A stretch of DNA of 64,000 nt from an uncultured Actinomycetes bacterium (GTDB taxonomy: Bacteria; Actinomycetota; Thermoleophilia; UBA2241). This document shows, one piece after another, positions 28,952 to 39,258 of the stretch (position 1 is the first letter of the stretch; each line of letters starts with the position of its first letter). The notes beneath the pieces are model-generated. The model was not told the DNA's origin. It searched no databases and saw only the letters and a list, made by a program, of their open reading frames with translations. The stretch covers positions 192,001 to 256,000 of the forward strand of contig CAVPVX010000007.1 in assembly GCA_963709345.1 (NCBI GenBank). The letters are read 5' to 3'. Both the position numbers and the translations under genes were made by a program.

Positions 28952-30790
28952 TCAGCCTTCTTCGGCCCTCGGCTTGCGCCGCAACAGAAGGAGGATGACG
29001 GCGACCACGACGACCACTGCGACCACGATCACGATGATCAGCGTCGTACTTGAGCCGCCGGAGCTCTCCGTCGCGGCGACCTTGGGCCCGACGTTGTAGT
29101 AGTTGCTCACGTTATCGCTGATGTAGGCGATCGCGCCGCTGCCCTCCGGGATGCGCCGCCAGCCGTCCCACCTCTCCGTGTTCCACGCCTGCAGCGTCTT
29201 CGGATATGTGAGGTTGATGTACGGCGACTCCTCGTAGAAGAGCTCCTGCATCCGGTACGTGATCTCCTTGCGCTTCTGCGGGTCGAGCTCCTGCGACTGC
29301 TGCTGCCAGAGGTCGTCGTACTCCTTGCTGGACCAGCAGGCGTCGTTCTGGTTCTCGATCTGCTCCGTGCGGAAGTAGCCCAGGCGACGGCCGGGATCCG
29401 AGCCGCTGGGCTGCCACTGCCAGATGTAGATGTCGTAGTCGGGCTTGTAGGTGTCGCCCGCGTAGTTGTAGCCACCGTCGATGAGCGTGCCGTTGTCCTC
29501 GACGGAGTACTCTATGTCGAGGCCGAGATCCTCCCACCAGCCGGTTATGAGCTTGCCCATGACCTGGCTCTGCGGCGACTCGACGCGTGACCAGAGCCGC
29601 AGCTTGATGTTCTTGCCGCCGTTCTTGGGATCATTGAGTATGCCGTCGCCGTCGGTGTCCGTGTAGCCGGCGTCGGCGAGGAGCTCGCCGGCCTTCGCCG
29701 GGTCGAACGTGTACTCGACGTCCGCCGGCGGCTGCCAATGCCAGTCGAGCTCCGGGTCGTAGAAGTCGACCTCGAAGATCGAGGTCGCCGGATCCGCGTA
29801 CCCCTGGTACGCGAGGTCGGCCATCTTCTGCTTGTCGATGCCCCAGTTGAGCGCCTGGCGGAACTTGACGTCCTTCAGCACCGGATTGCCCAGTGACGGA
29901 CCCTCGTAGCAGTTGAACGACAGGTAGTCGAAGGCCTTCTGCGAGCACGCTTCGGCCTCGATTCCCGATTCGCCCTGCAACGCTGCGACCTGGGCCGGCG
30001 GGATGTTGATCGCCAGGTCGATGGTGCCCAGCTTGAGGTCCTGAGCCAGGGTGTCCTGGTTCTTGTAGACCTGGAAGATGAGCTCGTCGACCTTGGGCGT
30101 CCCGCCCCAGTACTCCTTGTTGGCGACGCAGCGGACGAACTTGCCCTTCTGCCACTCGACGACCTGGAACGGCCCCGAGCCGACGATCGGCGGCCGGTTC
30201 AGGTACTTGTTGATCTGTTCGTAGCTTGTGAACTTGCCCCAGACGTGCTCGGGGATGATCGGCGCCCACATGGCGAGGACGTCCGCCTTGGGCCGGTCGC
30301 ACTCGATGACCAGCGTGGTGTCGTCCGGAGCGGTGGCCTGCTTGATGCCGTCGAGCGCCGAGAGAAACGCGCCGAGCTCGTACTCCTTCTGGAAGTTGTA
30401 GGTGAAGGCGATGTCGCTCGCGGTCAGCGGCTCGCCGTCCGACCACTTGACGCCCTCGCGGATCTTGAACGTCCAGGTGAGACCGTCTTCGCTCGTGGTC
30501 CAGCTCTCGGCGAGGCCGGGCTCGGTCTGCAGGTAGTCGTCGCCGTAGTTGGTGAGGAAGTCGTAGCTCACGTGGTAGAGCTCGTAAGACGACTGCTCGA
30601 TACCGACGAACGGGTTGAGGTTGTCCGGGTCGGTCGTCCACCCGACCTTGAGCGTGACCGGCCCGCCGCCGGGCGAGGCGCTCGGGTCGGAGGCGGCCGC
30701 GGCGGCGAGCCCCCAGACGAGCCCGGCGGCGAGCACCGCCACGACGGAGAGCAAGAGCACTCTCGACATGAACCGTGAACGCGCAGCCAT
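28952..30790 (-). CDS. ABC transporter substrate-binding protein, family 5 (peptide/nickel), with C-terminal membrane anchor
   Basis: PGLAESW...WTFKIREGVKWSDGEPLTASDI, GSGPF, FRQAL; C-terminal hydrophobic helix followed by RRK. Confidence 0.92.
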   Translation of the reverse strand: MAARSRFMSRVLLLSVVAVLAAGLVWGLAAAAASDPSASPGGGPVTLKVGWTTDPDNLNPFVGIEQSSYELYHVSYDFLTNYGDDYLQTEPGLAESWTTSEDGLTWTFKIREGVKWSDGEPLTASDIAFTYNFQKEYELGAFLSALDGIKQATAPDDTTLVIECDRPKADVLAMWAPIIPEHVWGKFTSYEQINKYLNRPPIVGSGPFQVVEWQKGKFVRCVANKEYWGGTPKVDELIFQVYKNQDTLAQDLKLGTIDLAINIPPAQVAALQGESGIEAEACSQKAFDYLSFNCYEGPSLGNPVLKDVKFRQALNWGIDKQKMADLAYQGYADPATSIFEVDFYDPELDWHWQPPADVEYTFDPAKAGELLADAGYTDTDGDGILNDPKNGGKNIKLRLWSRVESPQSQVMGKLITGWWEDLGLDIEYSVEDNGTLIDGGYNYAGDTYKPDYDIYIWQWQPSGSDPGRRLGYFRTEQIENQNDACWSSKEYDDLWQQQSQELDPQKRKEITYRMQELFYEESPYINLTYPKTLQAWNTERWDGWRRIPEGSGAIAYISDNVSNYYNVGPKVAATESSGGSSTTLIIVIVVAVVVVVAVILLLLRRKPRAEEG

Positions 30791-31044
30791 GAGACCTTCC
30801 TTTCTGCGCACGACCGATGAGCCGACCACCCCGCTCCCGGGAGAGTCGCGCGGCGCCCCCCGGCCCCGCGATGGAAGAGTATGCACTCCCGCGGTCGCGG
30901 CGCAAGGGGCCGCATCGCCACGCCGGGCAGACTCCCTGAGTGATGACACGGTTACGGCCGCACCTGACGCGGATAGACTCCGGCAACAAGGGAGCGCACG
31001 GGTGTCTACTTGCGCCGGTCGGCAGCGTCATCCCGGGAGGTGGC

Positions 31045-31698
31045 ATGACAATCGAAGAGCGCGCGCGAGATTTCGCCGTCGCGCTTGTCGCTATGGACCG
31101 CGTGCAAGCTGAGGAAGCGCTCCGCGCAGCCGCGGAGGAATCTGACGCCCCGACCGTCACCGAAGATGTCGTCACGCCCGCTCTCGAGAGGATCGGCGGT
31201 GACTGGGAACAAGGGGTGATCTCTCTCGCCCAGCTGTACATGGCCGGCCGGATCGCCGAACAGGTGGTGAGCGAGAAGCTGCCCTCCATGGCGACGCGCA
31301 AGGGCGAACGCCCTCAGCTGGCGATCGCCGTCCTCGAGGACCACCACACTCTCGGCAAGAGACTCGTACTCTCGGCTCTGCGCGCTTCGGGGCACGCCGT
31401 CGCCGACTACGGTCACGGCGTGCCCGTCGAACGCCTGGTACAACGATGCGACGCCGACAAGCCACGCGTGCTCCTCATCTCGACATTGATGCTTCCGGCG
31501 GCCCTCCGCGTGCGCGACGTCGTCCGTCAACTGGCGCTGCCCGGATCGCCGCCGGCCGTGGTCGTCGGCGGCGCCCCCTTCCGTCTCGATCCCGACCTGT
31601 GGCGAGAGGTCGGCGCCGACGCCGCCGGCCGTAATTCGACAGAGGCCGTTCGATTGGTCGACCATTTCCTGGGAGGTACGCGATGCCGGCGGAGATGA
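31045..31698 (+). CDS. Corrinoid (B12-binding) protein, MtaC/MetH cap plus cobalamin-binding domain
   Basis: Cap PALERIGGDWEQG; EDHHTLG (DxHxxG), ISTLM (SxL), VVVGGAP; GGGAGG RBS. Confidence 0.9.
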   Translation: MTIEERARDFAVALVAMDRVQAEEALRAAAEESDAPTVTEDVVTPALERIGGDWEQGVISLAQLYMAGRIAEQVVSEKLPSMATRKGERPQLAIAVLEDHHTLGKRLVLSALRASGHAVADYGHGVPVERLVQRCDADKPRVLLISTLMLPAALRVRDVVRQLALPGSPPAVVVGGAPFRLDPDLWREVGADAAGRNSTEAVRLVDHFLGGTRCRRR

Positions 31699-32729
31699 CG
31701 TCCCTCGAGCGCGTCCTCACCACACTCGGTCACCGCGAGCCCGACCGCGTGCCCCTCTTCCTCCTCGTCACGATGCACGGCGCGAAGGAACTGGGCATGG
31801 GTCTGCAAGAGTACTTCTCGAAGGGAGAGAACGTCGCCGAAGGTCAGCTGCGCCTTCGCGAGAAGTACGGGCACGACTGCCTTTACGGCATCCTCTACGC
31901 CCCGCTCGAAGTCGAGGCTTGGGGCGGCGAGGTGATCTTCCGCGAAGACGGACCTACGAATTCCGGTGAACCGTTGATCCTCGACGTCGAGCAGATCCGC
32001 GCTCTGGAGCCGCCCGACGTGGCGACGAGCCCGGTGCTCGGCCGCGCCCTGCGAGCCATCGAAATCCTCAAGGAGCGCTCGCACGACGTGCCCATCGTCG
32101 GCTCCGTCGTGTCGCCCTTCTCCCTGCCGGTCATGCAGCTCGGCTTCGAGGCCTATCTCGACCTCATGGTCGAGCGCCGCGACTTGTTCGACCGCCTGAT
32201 GGCCGTGAACGAAGAGTTCTGCGTGGCGTGGGCAAACGCCCAGTTCGCAGCCGGGGCCACAGCCGTCGCCTACTTCGACCCGGTCTCTTCCACGACGTGC
32301 GTCACGCCGCAGATGTATCTGGGCACCGGCTTCAAGGTGGCGCAGCGCACCATCGCCCGTATCCAGGGCCCCACGGCCACGCACTTCGCCTCCGGACGCT
32401 GCGCCGGCATCATCGACGACGTGGCGCAGACCGGCACCGCGGGCGTCGGGGTGAGTGGCGAGGAGGATCTCGCCGCACTCAAACGAGCCGCCGCCGGCAA
32501 GCTCACCTTGCTCGGCAACCTCAATGGGATCACCATGCGCAACTGGACGGCGGAGCAGGCGGAGGCCGAGGTCAAGGCGGCCATCGCCGCAGCCGCTCCC
32601 GGCGGCGGGTTCATCCTCTCGGACAACCACGGCGAGATCCCCTTCCAGGTGCCCGACGAGGTCCTGCACGCGATCGCCGCAGCGACGCGCCGCTGGGGAC
32701 GGTACCCCATCGACTGGGTCGATGACTGA
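31683..32729 (+). CDS. UroD-family methyltransferase (MtaA/CmuA-like)
   Basis: MTSLERV...EPDRVP, SPFSL, FDP, LLGNL, GGGFILS...GEIP; overlaps the corrinoid gene. Confidence 0.88.
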   Translation: MPAEMTSLERVLTTLGHREPDRVPLFLLVTMHGAKELGMGLQEYFSKGENVAEGQLRLREKYGHDCLYGILYAPLEVEAWGGEVIFREDGPTNSGEPLILDVEQIRALEPPDVATSPVLGRALRAIEILKERSHDVPIVGSVVSPFSLPVMQLGFEAYLDLMVERRDLFDRLMAVNEEFCVAWANAQFAAGATAVAYFDPVSSTTCVTPQMYLGTGFKVAQRTIARIQGPTATHFASGRCAGIIDDVAQTGTAGVGVSGEEDLAALKRAAAGKLTLLGNLNGITMRNWTAEQAEAEVKAAIAAAAPGGGFILSDNHGEIPFQVPDEVLHAIAAATRRWGRYPIDWVDD

Positions 32730-34728
32730 CGGCAGACTCAGGATCCACGTCTGCACGAACTTCGCTCCCGATGTGCGCGCGGCGCTGCCAAAGCAACTGG
32801 AAAGCGGCGTCGAGGTCGTGGAGTTCGCCGCCGACTGCGTCGGGTCGCAAGCCGACTGCGAGGCGTCCTGCGAGCGGATGCTCGATCCGGACGCCGCGCG
32901 CACGCAGTCGATGGCCGGCGACTCGCGGATCACGATCTCGCACACGGCCGGTGGAGACGACGTCTGTGCCCTGCGCTGCACCGGCCCCGCCGGCTACCGG
33001 CTCGTCAACCACGAGATCGCCGAGCAGCTCGTCGCCGACGGCGCCTACCTTCTCACCCCAGGCTGGGCGCAGCGGTGGCGGAGCTATCTGCGAGCCCAGG
33101 GCTTCGATCGAACGCTCGCAAGGCAGTACTTCCACGAATTCGCCTCGCAACTGGTACTGCTCGACACCGGCACCGACCCACAGGCGCTGGAGCGTCTCCA
33201 CGAGATGGGCGTCTTCCTCGACCTGCCCACACGACGGCTGCCGTGTGGCCTCGACTACCTCCGGCTGTTCCTCACCGGCCTGGTGCTCGAATGGCGGCTG
33301 GACTCCCGGGGCGCGGCGCGTGACGGGGTCGATGACCAGGCCGCGGCCCGGCAGGCCGAGTACGCCGTCACACTCGACATGCTGGGCACCCTGACTGGTC
33401 TCACCGACGAGGACGAGGTCGCCGACCGAGTGCTCGACCTGATCACGCTGCTCTTCGCGCCCGGCCGGCTGCATCTGCTGACCATCGAGGGTGGGCGGCC
33501 GGGCGAGTTGCGTTCCCGTCCCTCGACACCGACGCCTGCGGCCCGGACGATCGCGGCACGGCTTGCTGCGCTGACCGGAGACTTCGAGCTCACTGACGAC
33601 GGATTCCTCCTGCTCGTCGGGAACGGCGACGACCGCGCCGCTGTCGAGCTCGGCGACTTCGCCCTGCCCGACAAGCGCGATGATTACCTCAATCTTGCGC
33701 TCACCCTGGCCGGCGCCTTCGACCTCGCCCTGGCGAACTCGCGCAGCTTCGGGCGCCTGGAGCGCGCCCGCCTGGAGCTGAGCGCTTCCGAAGAGCGGTA
33801 TCGCGCGCTCATGGAGCAGGCCACCGACGCGATAGTGCTCGTCGACGTCAAGGGGTCGGTCCTGGAAGCGAACGGTCAGGCGCTACGCCTGATGGGCAAG
33901 CCCCGCGACGAAGTCGTGGGGCTTCCTGCAGAGGCTCTGCACGCCGGCGCCATCCAACACGCGATGCACGGCTGTCTGGAGGGCCTCCTCAGAGACGGCG
34001 TCGCCGCCGTCGACGACATTCGCCTGACGCGACCAGACGGTGAAGAGGCCGTCATCGACGCCAGGTTCTCCATGGTCAGCGTCGCCGGCCGGCGCATCGC
34101 TCAGGGTATCTTCCGCGACGTCACGGAGCGTGAGCGCTCGGCGCGGATGCTCGAGGCGCTGTCGCTCGAAGACCCCCTGACCGGGCTGCGCAATCGGCGC
34201 GGCTTCACGATTCTGGCCGAGCAGGAGCTCAAAACGGCGGCCCGTCTCGGTCGGCCGCTTCTCCTGCTCTACGCCGACCTCGACGGGCTGAAGCCGATCA
34301 ACGACGGACAGGGCCATGCGGCCGGCGACAGCCTCCTGCGAGAGACGGCGGAAGTGCTGTCCGGCTGCTTCCGCGACATGGACGTCGTCGCCCGGGTCGG
34401 CGGTGACGAGTTCGCGATCCTGCAGATCGACGCCGCCGCCGGAGCGGAAGCGTCCGTCCGCAGGCGGCTGGAGCTGGCGACCGCGGCGGTCAACGCGAGG
34501 CCGGACCGCCGCTACATCCTCTCGCTCTCAGTTGGCGCCGTCGCGTTCGACCCGGCGGCGCCCGCGGCGCTTGATGACCTGCTGCGGCTCGCCGACGCGC
34601 GCATGTACGCGGACAAACGAGCCCGGAAGGCGGGCAACACAGGCCGCGACCGGCAGCGAAGAGGCGTCGCCACGGCCCGAGAGCCGGGCGGCGCGCGCAC
34701 GGAGGGCCCCGCCGCGCCTGGTCGATGA
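32722..34728 (+). CDS. Diguanylate cyclase: Cys-rich DUF1638-like N-domain, GAF-like region, PAS, GGDEF
   Basis: HVCTNF, YLLTPGW, LLDTG (DUF1638-like); SEERYRAL...RDVTER PAS; DPLTGLRNRR, DLDGLKPIND, RDMD I-site, VGGDEF. Confidence 0.88.
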   Translation: MTDGRLRIHVCTNFAPDVRAALPKQLESGVEVVEFAADCVGSQADCEASCERMLDPDAARTQSMAGDSRITISHTAGGDDVCALRCTGPAGYRLVNHEIAEQLVADGAYLLTPGWAQRWRSYLRAQGFDRTLARQYFHEFASQLVLLDTGTDPQALERLHEMGVFLDLPTRRLPCGLDYLRLFLTGLVLEWRLDSRGAARDGVDDQAAARQAEYAVTLDMLGTLTGLTDEDEVADRVLDLITLLFAPGRLHLLTIEGGRPGELRSRPSTPTPAARTIAARLAALTGDFELTDDGFLLLVGNGDDRAAVELGDFALPDKRDDYLNLALTLAGAFDLALANSRSFGRLERARLELSASEERYRALMEQATDAIVLVDVKGSVLEANGQALRLMGKPRDEVVGLPAEALHAGAIQHAMHGCLEGLLRDGVAAVDDIRLTRPDGEEAVIDARFSMVSVAGRRIAQGIFRDVTERERSARMLEALSLEDPLTGLRNRRGFTILAEQELKTAARLGRPLLLLYADLDGLKPINDGQGHAAGDSLLRETAEVLSGCFRDMDVVARVGGDEFAILQIDAAAGAEASVRRRLELATAAVNARPDRRYILSLSVGAVAFDPAAPAALDDLLRLADARMYADKRARKAGNTGRDRQRRGVATAREPGGARTEGPAAPGR

Positions 34729-35146
34729 AGGCGAACCCCCGCTCGAACACCCGGCCGCAGGCGGCGGCCACGCCCGGGTCGTAGAGGCGGCCGGGCTTGG
34801 TGAGGATCTCCGCCGGCGCCGCCACCTCGCCGATGTCGTGGACCTCACCGGCGAGGATCAGCGTCTCGAGGGCCTCGCCGTCGATGCCGGGCTCGACCGC
34901 GAGCGCCACGGCAAACTGCGTCACGCGGCGCTCGTGGCCGTCGGGGCACGGGTCGCGCGTCTCCACCAGCGCGCCGACGGTGTCGCGGACCAACTCGCCA
35001 CGCGAATGCACAGACCGGATCTCGCCGTCGTGATCCACTACTGCAGACGAGAACGAGAAGGCGTCGTTCAGGCCGTCGAACAGATCGTGGAGCTTGAGAG
35101 CGTCCAGCAGGTCCCCGAGCTTGCAGCGCGACGGCACGGTCATCAT
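34716..35146 (-). pseudogene. Internally deleted sensor (PocR-like)/HD-GYP relic
   Basis: VETRDPCPDGHERRV...HDIGEVAAPAEILTKPGRL joins directly to YDPGVAAAC...RGFAF. Relative to the paralog at 23955, the HHE/GYP segment is missing. Confidence 0.7.
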
Positions 35147-35420
35147 CCCTCACCCGTCATGACGGTCGATCGCCTCTCTCCGCACGGTCTCGTGTCCCCC
35201 AAGAACCGCCGCGCCGGCGGTCGTCTCGTGAGCTTCGCCCAGACATGATGCACCCACCGATCGTGCATCGGCACGCACTGCCGCAGACTGTGCTGCGGCC
35301 CGTCTGCCCTGTGCTGCCGCAGAGCCGTGTCGAGCCATCCCCTCTAAGGTAGACTTGCCCCGCGCCACTCGCGGGCCGCGCACAGGGCGCGGCCCGCCGA
35401 CACGAGGGAAGGAGGGCGAC

Positions 35421-36290
35421 ATGACACTCAAGCTCGGTCTACCCAAGGGGAGCCTCGAGCACGCGACCATCGACCTCTTCCGCCGCGCCGGCTTTCTCAT
35501 CACCGTCGCGGAGCGCTCCTACTTCCCGGCCATCGACGATCCGGACATCGAGTGCATGCTCGTGCGCGCCCAGGAGATGGCGCGCTACATCGAAGATGGC
35601 GCGCTCGACTGCGGCCTCACCGGCCGCGACTGGGTGGTCGAGAACGAGGCGACCGTCCACACCGTGAGCGACCTCGTGTACGCCAAACAGAGCTTCGGCC
35701 GGGTCCGCTGGGTGCTCGCCGTCCCCGAGGCGTCCCCCGTCCGGACCGCCTCCGACCTCGAAGGCAAGATCGTCGCCACCGAACTCGTCGGCGTCACCAG
35801 GCGCTGGTTCGCCAAGCGCGACGTCGGCGCCAAGATCGAGTTCAGCTGGGGCGCCACCGAAGCCAAGCTGCCCGAGCTCGCGGACGCCATCGTGGAGGTC
35901 ACCGAGACGGGCAGTTCCCTGCGCGCCAACAAGCTGCGCGTCGTCGAGACGGTGCTCGAGAGCACGACGCAGCTGATCGCCAACGAGTCCGCGTGGCAGG
36001 ACGCGGACAAGCGCCGCAAGATCGAGGACGTCGCCATGCTTCTGCAGGGCGCCATCGCGGCTCTCGACAAGGTCGGGCTGATGCTGAACGTCCAGGCCGG
36101 CGACCTCGACAGGGTGCTCGCCGTCCTCCCCGCGCTCCGCAACCCGACCATCTCGCACCTCAGTGACGAGGGCTGGCTCGCCGTCAACACGATCCTCGAA
36201 GAGAGCGTGGTGCGCACGATCATCCCCCGCCTGAAGGAAGCCGGCGCCGAGGGCATCGTCGAGTTCCCTCTCAACAAGATCGTGATGTAG
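35421..36290 (+). CDS. hisG: ATP phosphoribosyltransferase (long form)
   Basis: [35 protein letters not shown]-terminal ACT-like domain; AAGGAGG RBS. Confidence 0.96.
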   Translation: MTLKLGLPKGSLEHATIDLFRRAGFLITVAERSYFPAIDDPDIECMLVRAQEMARYIEDGALDCGLTGRDWVVENEATVHTVSDLVYAKQSFGRVRWVLAVPEASPVRTASDLEGKIVATELVGVTRRWFAKRDVGAKIEFSWGATEAKLPELADAIVEVTETGSSLRANKLRVVETVLESTTQLIANESAWQDADKRRKIEDVAMLLQGAIAALDKVGLMLNVQAGDLDRVLAVLPALRNPTISHLSDEGWLAVNTILEESVVRTIIPRLKEAGAEGIVEFPLNKIVM

Positions 36291-36308
36291 CCGCCGGCCG
36301 CAGCGTCC

Positions 36309-37070
36309 TCAGGCGCCGGGGAGCCGGCGAGCCGCCGCGAGCGCATCGCGCTCGCTCAGGCGGCCGTACGTCGGCGCCAGTTCGTGCGCCGTCACCGGCA
36401 GCCAGATGAACCCGTCGCGCTCGTCGCCCACCGGCGTCGCAAGGCCTTGGGCGAAGCGCCGGGCGGTGAGAGCGGCCGCGAGCGCATCGAGCGAGTCGTG
36501 GTCGAAGTAGCCGTCCCAGACGAGACCGGCCGCGCGGAGTGCGGCGACGCGCGCGTGCAGGCCGGCGCGGCCGGTCTTCGGCGGCGGGGTACCGCCGAGC
36601 AGGGTCACGAAGGTGGCGTGCGGGTACACCTCGAGCGCTGCCGGCGCCTGCCCGAGCGCCGCCGGCAGGGAGCCGGGGGCCGGCGGCTCGTAGCCGTGCC
36701 GGCCCAGCTCCTTGAAGTAGTCCCAGCCCGTCTGCATCCAGCCGTAGCGCGCGCCGGCCGCGACGGCCGCGGCGCGCGTCGGCACCTGGTAGATGGAGAT
36801 GCGCCGCCCGGCGAGATCGGCGTCGCATGCCCGCGGGCGCGGAGCGCCTGCGGCGCGCGCCCGCCGCGGCCTCTGCGGCGCGTCGACGCCGACCGCGACC
36901 GCTCCAAGGCCGTCAAGCCACTCCAGCAGACGACCCCGGTCGCCGGCGATGCGCTCGTCGGACTCCCGCCAGCTCTCGACTTCGAGCGTGCGCCCGCAGC
37001 GCAAGGCAACGGCCACGCATGGCCGGCTGGCGGCGATGTCGATCCCGACGACGACCTGCCCCGTATCCAT
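36309..37070 (-). CDS. DUF429-family predicted nuclease (RNase H-like)
   Basis: VVGIDIA, GVDAP, LEVYPHATF, DSLDALAAA. Confidence 0.82.
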   Translation of the reverse strand: MDTGQVVVGIDIAASRPCVAVALRCGRTLEVESWRESDERIAGDRGRLLEWLDGLGAVAVGVDAPQRPRRARAAGAPRPRACDADLAGRRISIYQVPTRAAAVAAGARYGWMQTGWDYFKELGRHGYEPPAPGSLPAALGQAPAALEVYPHATFVTLLGGTPPPKTGRAGLHARVAALRAAGLVWDGYFDHDSLDALAAALTARRFAQGLATPVGDERDGFIWLPVTAHELAPTYGRLSERDALAAARRLPGA

Positions 37071-37151
37071 ACGGGCAGACTAGCAGACCCGGGAGCGGGG
37101 GCGAAGAGCCGGCGCCGTGACAGAAGGCCGAGAGCCCCAGCCGCCTGTGGA

Positions 37152-38454
37152 TCAGGGAGCCTTCAGCGTGACGTCGCGCACACCCCAGACCGACCAGTTC
37201 GGGTAGTTCCCGCGCGCGACGAAGCCGATCACGTTGCGGCTCTTGGCCTTCAACGCGGCCGCCGGGATCGTCACCTCACGGAACGGGCTCCACTTCTTGA
37301 CGGCGCCCGCGGGTAGTCTGCCCATGTCCTGCCAGTTCACGACGAGGCGCACCTCGCTCGCCTGGACGTCGTAGAGCCTGAAGCGAAGGACGCGCTCACC
37401 CGCCTGGCCGGAGGTCTGGTAGAAGACCTCCTTCGGGTGCGTGCGGTCGGCGGCGCAGTACCCCAGTCGGGCCGCGTGCGGCAGATCGAGCGGCAGCGCC
37501 TTACGCTGCCGAGGGTTGACGCGAACGTTGCGCAGAGCGGTCCAGTCGGCCTTGTTGGTCGTCGCCCAGTCGTACATGCTGCCGCCCAGCGCGCCGTTCT
37601 CACGCAGGGCACGGACGTACGCCTTGGTCTCGGTGCCCGACGACTTGGCGGCGTCGCCGGCGATCACGTGGATGGGGATGGACGGCCGGCCGGTCTTCTC
37701 GCGGATGATGCGTATGTTGTCGCGCGTGTCGCGGTACGCATTGGCGTAGCCGTCGCCGTGGTACGTGTAGTACCCCATCGGCACGAAGACGTTGTAGATG
37801 CCGGCCAGCGTCTTGTACGGGAAGTTCGGCCAGTAGCCCGTGTGCATGGCCATGCCGGCCGGCGACGGGGTGATGGCTCCGAGCGTGTAGCTCGAGCCGA
37901 CGGCCGCACGGATCCTCTTCGACAACGTCTTGAGCCGACTGTTGCGCACCTTCACGCTTCTTGACGATGCTCGCCTCGATGTCGAGGGCGAACGAGTCGA
38001 ACTTCTGCCCGTCGGACGTGCGGAAGCGGATCGCCGCCATGCTGCGCTTGTAGTCTTTGGCGACATCCTTGAAGCCCGGCAGATACCAGGCCACGACCTT
38101 GATGCCACGGGCGTGGCACTGCCGGATGAGCGCCGCGACCGCGTCACGCCGGAAGATCGTGTCGGCGTTCTCGGGCTTGTGGTAGTTCGCCGTCTCGAGA
38201 TACAGGGTCCGGACGCCCTGCGCCTGCATGTGCTTGGCCGCGGCGGCCGGGTTGTCCAGCGCCTTGGCGTCGTACATGTCGACCCAGGTGCCGAGGCCAC
38301 GGTAGGCGTTGATCGAGACTCCGGCGGCCGCCTGCGGCAGCGCTGCGGCCGCGAGCGCCGCGAGGAGCACGAGCGCCGCGAGCGAGACTGCGAGGCGGCG
38401 GCGTGGAGCCCGGCGCCCGGAGGATCCAAAGGAAGGAAGGACGATCACGTACAC
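37152..38454 (-). CDS. Secreted glycoside-hydrolase-like TIM-barrel protein with a +1 frameshift near 37958
   Basis: Signal peptide, GLGTWVD, VVAWYLP, ALDIE in one frame; continues SVKVRN...PMGYY...GGSMYDW in the next frame. Confidence 0.7.
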
Positions 38455-38571
38455 ACCCCCACGGTGGCTGTCGGTGCGAGCCCAAGTATACGACGTCGGC
38501 GGCCGAGACGCCTGCGGCGGCCGGCCCCGACCGTGGTACTGTGCACCGGACACCGTCGCGAAGGAGGTCCC

Positions 38572-39090
38572 GTGAGCATCGACTACGTCCTGCAGCAGCT
38601 CGGCGCCACCGAGGATATCCGCTACACCGAGCGCCACCACTGGGTCTTCTTCGTCGCCGAGATGATCCGCTGGATCCTGTTCGCGGTGGTCGTGCTCGCC
38701 CTCATCATCATGCTGCGGGTCTGGTGGCTTCCGGACGCCGGCTGGGTGTGGTGGCTGCTGCTGCTCTTCCTCGTGCCGGCCGGACGCATCGCCTGGGGAT
38801 TCCTGTCGTGGCGCATGAACGTCTACGTGCTCACCAACCGGCGCGTGATCGAGTCGACGGGAGTGCTGAGCAAGCGCGTCTCCGACTCGTCACTCGAGAA
38901 GCTCACCGACATCGTCCTCAAGCAGTCGATCCTCGGCCGCATGCTGGGCTACGGGGACATCGTCGTCCTCACGGCGGCGGCCGGCGCAGGCGTCAACCAC
39001 CTCAAGCAGATCCGTAAGCCCATGGAGTTCAAGACCCAGATGCTCGACGCCAAGGAAGAACTCGAGCGCGAAGTCGGCCGCAGCGACTGA
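38572..39090 (+). CDS. Bacterial PH-domain membrane protein
   Basis: Two TM helices, YVLTNRRVI...GVL, QSILGRMLGYGDI; AAGGAGG RBS. Confidence 0.85.
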   Translation: MSIDYVLQQLGATEDIRYTERHHWVFFVAEMIRWILFAVVVLALIIMLRVWWLPDAGWVWWLLLLFLVPAGRIAWGFLSWRMNVYVLTNRRVIESTGVLSKRVSDSSLEKLTDIVLKQSILGRMLGYGDIVVLTAAAGAGVNHLKQIRKPMEFKTQMLDAKEELEREVGRSD

Positions 39091-39258
39091 CGCCGCGGCC
39101 GCCGGACGTCTGCTGTCGCGTGCGCGACGAGTTCGGCCGCGCACATCGAGGAGTACGTCGCCGGGCACTGACCGCCGCTGTCGGCCGGCGCGACGCGGCC
39201 CGCGCGGAGCAGGTCCGTCAGCACCGGGGCCGGTCCGCACGACGCACCCTGCCGGGGC

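Noticed and set aside
30791-31044. Possible cobalamin riboswitch upstream of the corrinoid operon
   Set aside because: I could not find the conserved B12-box elements by eye; an Rfam scan would settle it.
35150-35420. His-rich leader peptide or attenuator upstream of hisG
   Set aside because: No run of His codons or attenuator structure seen.
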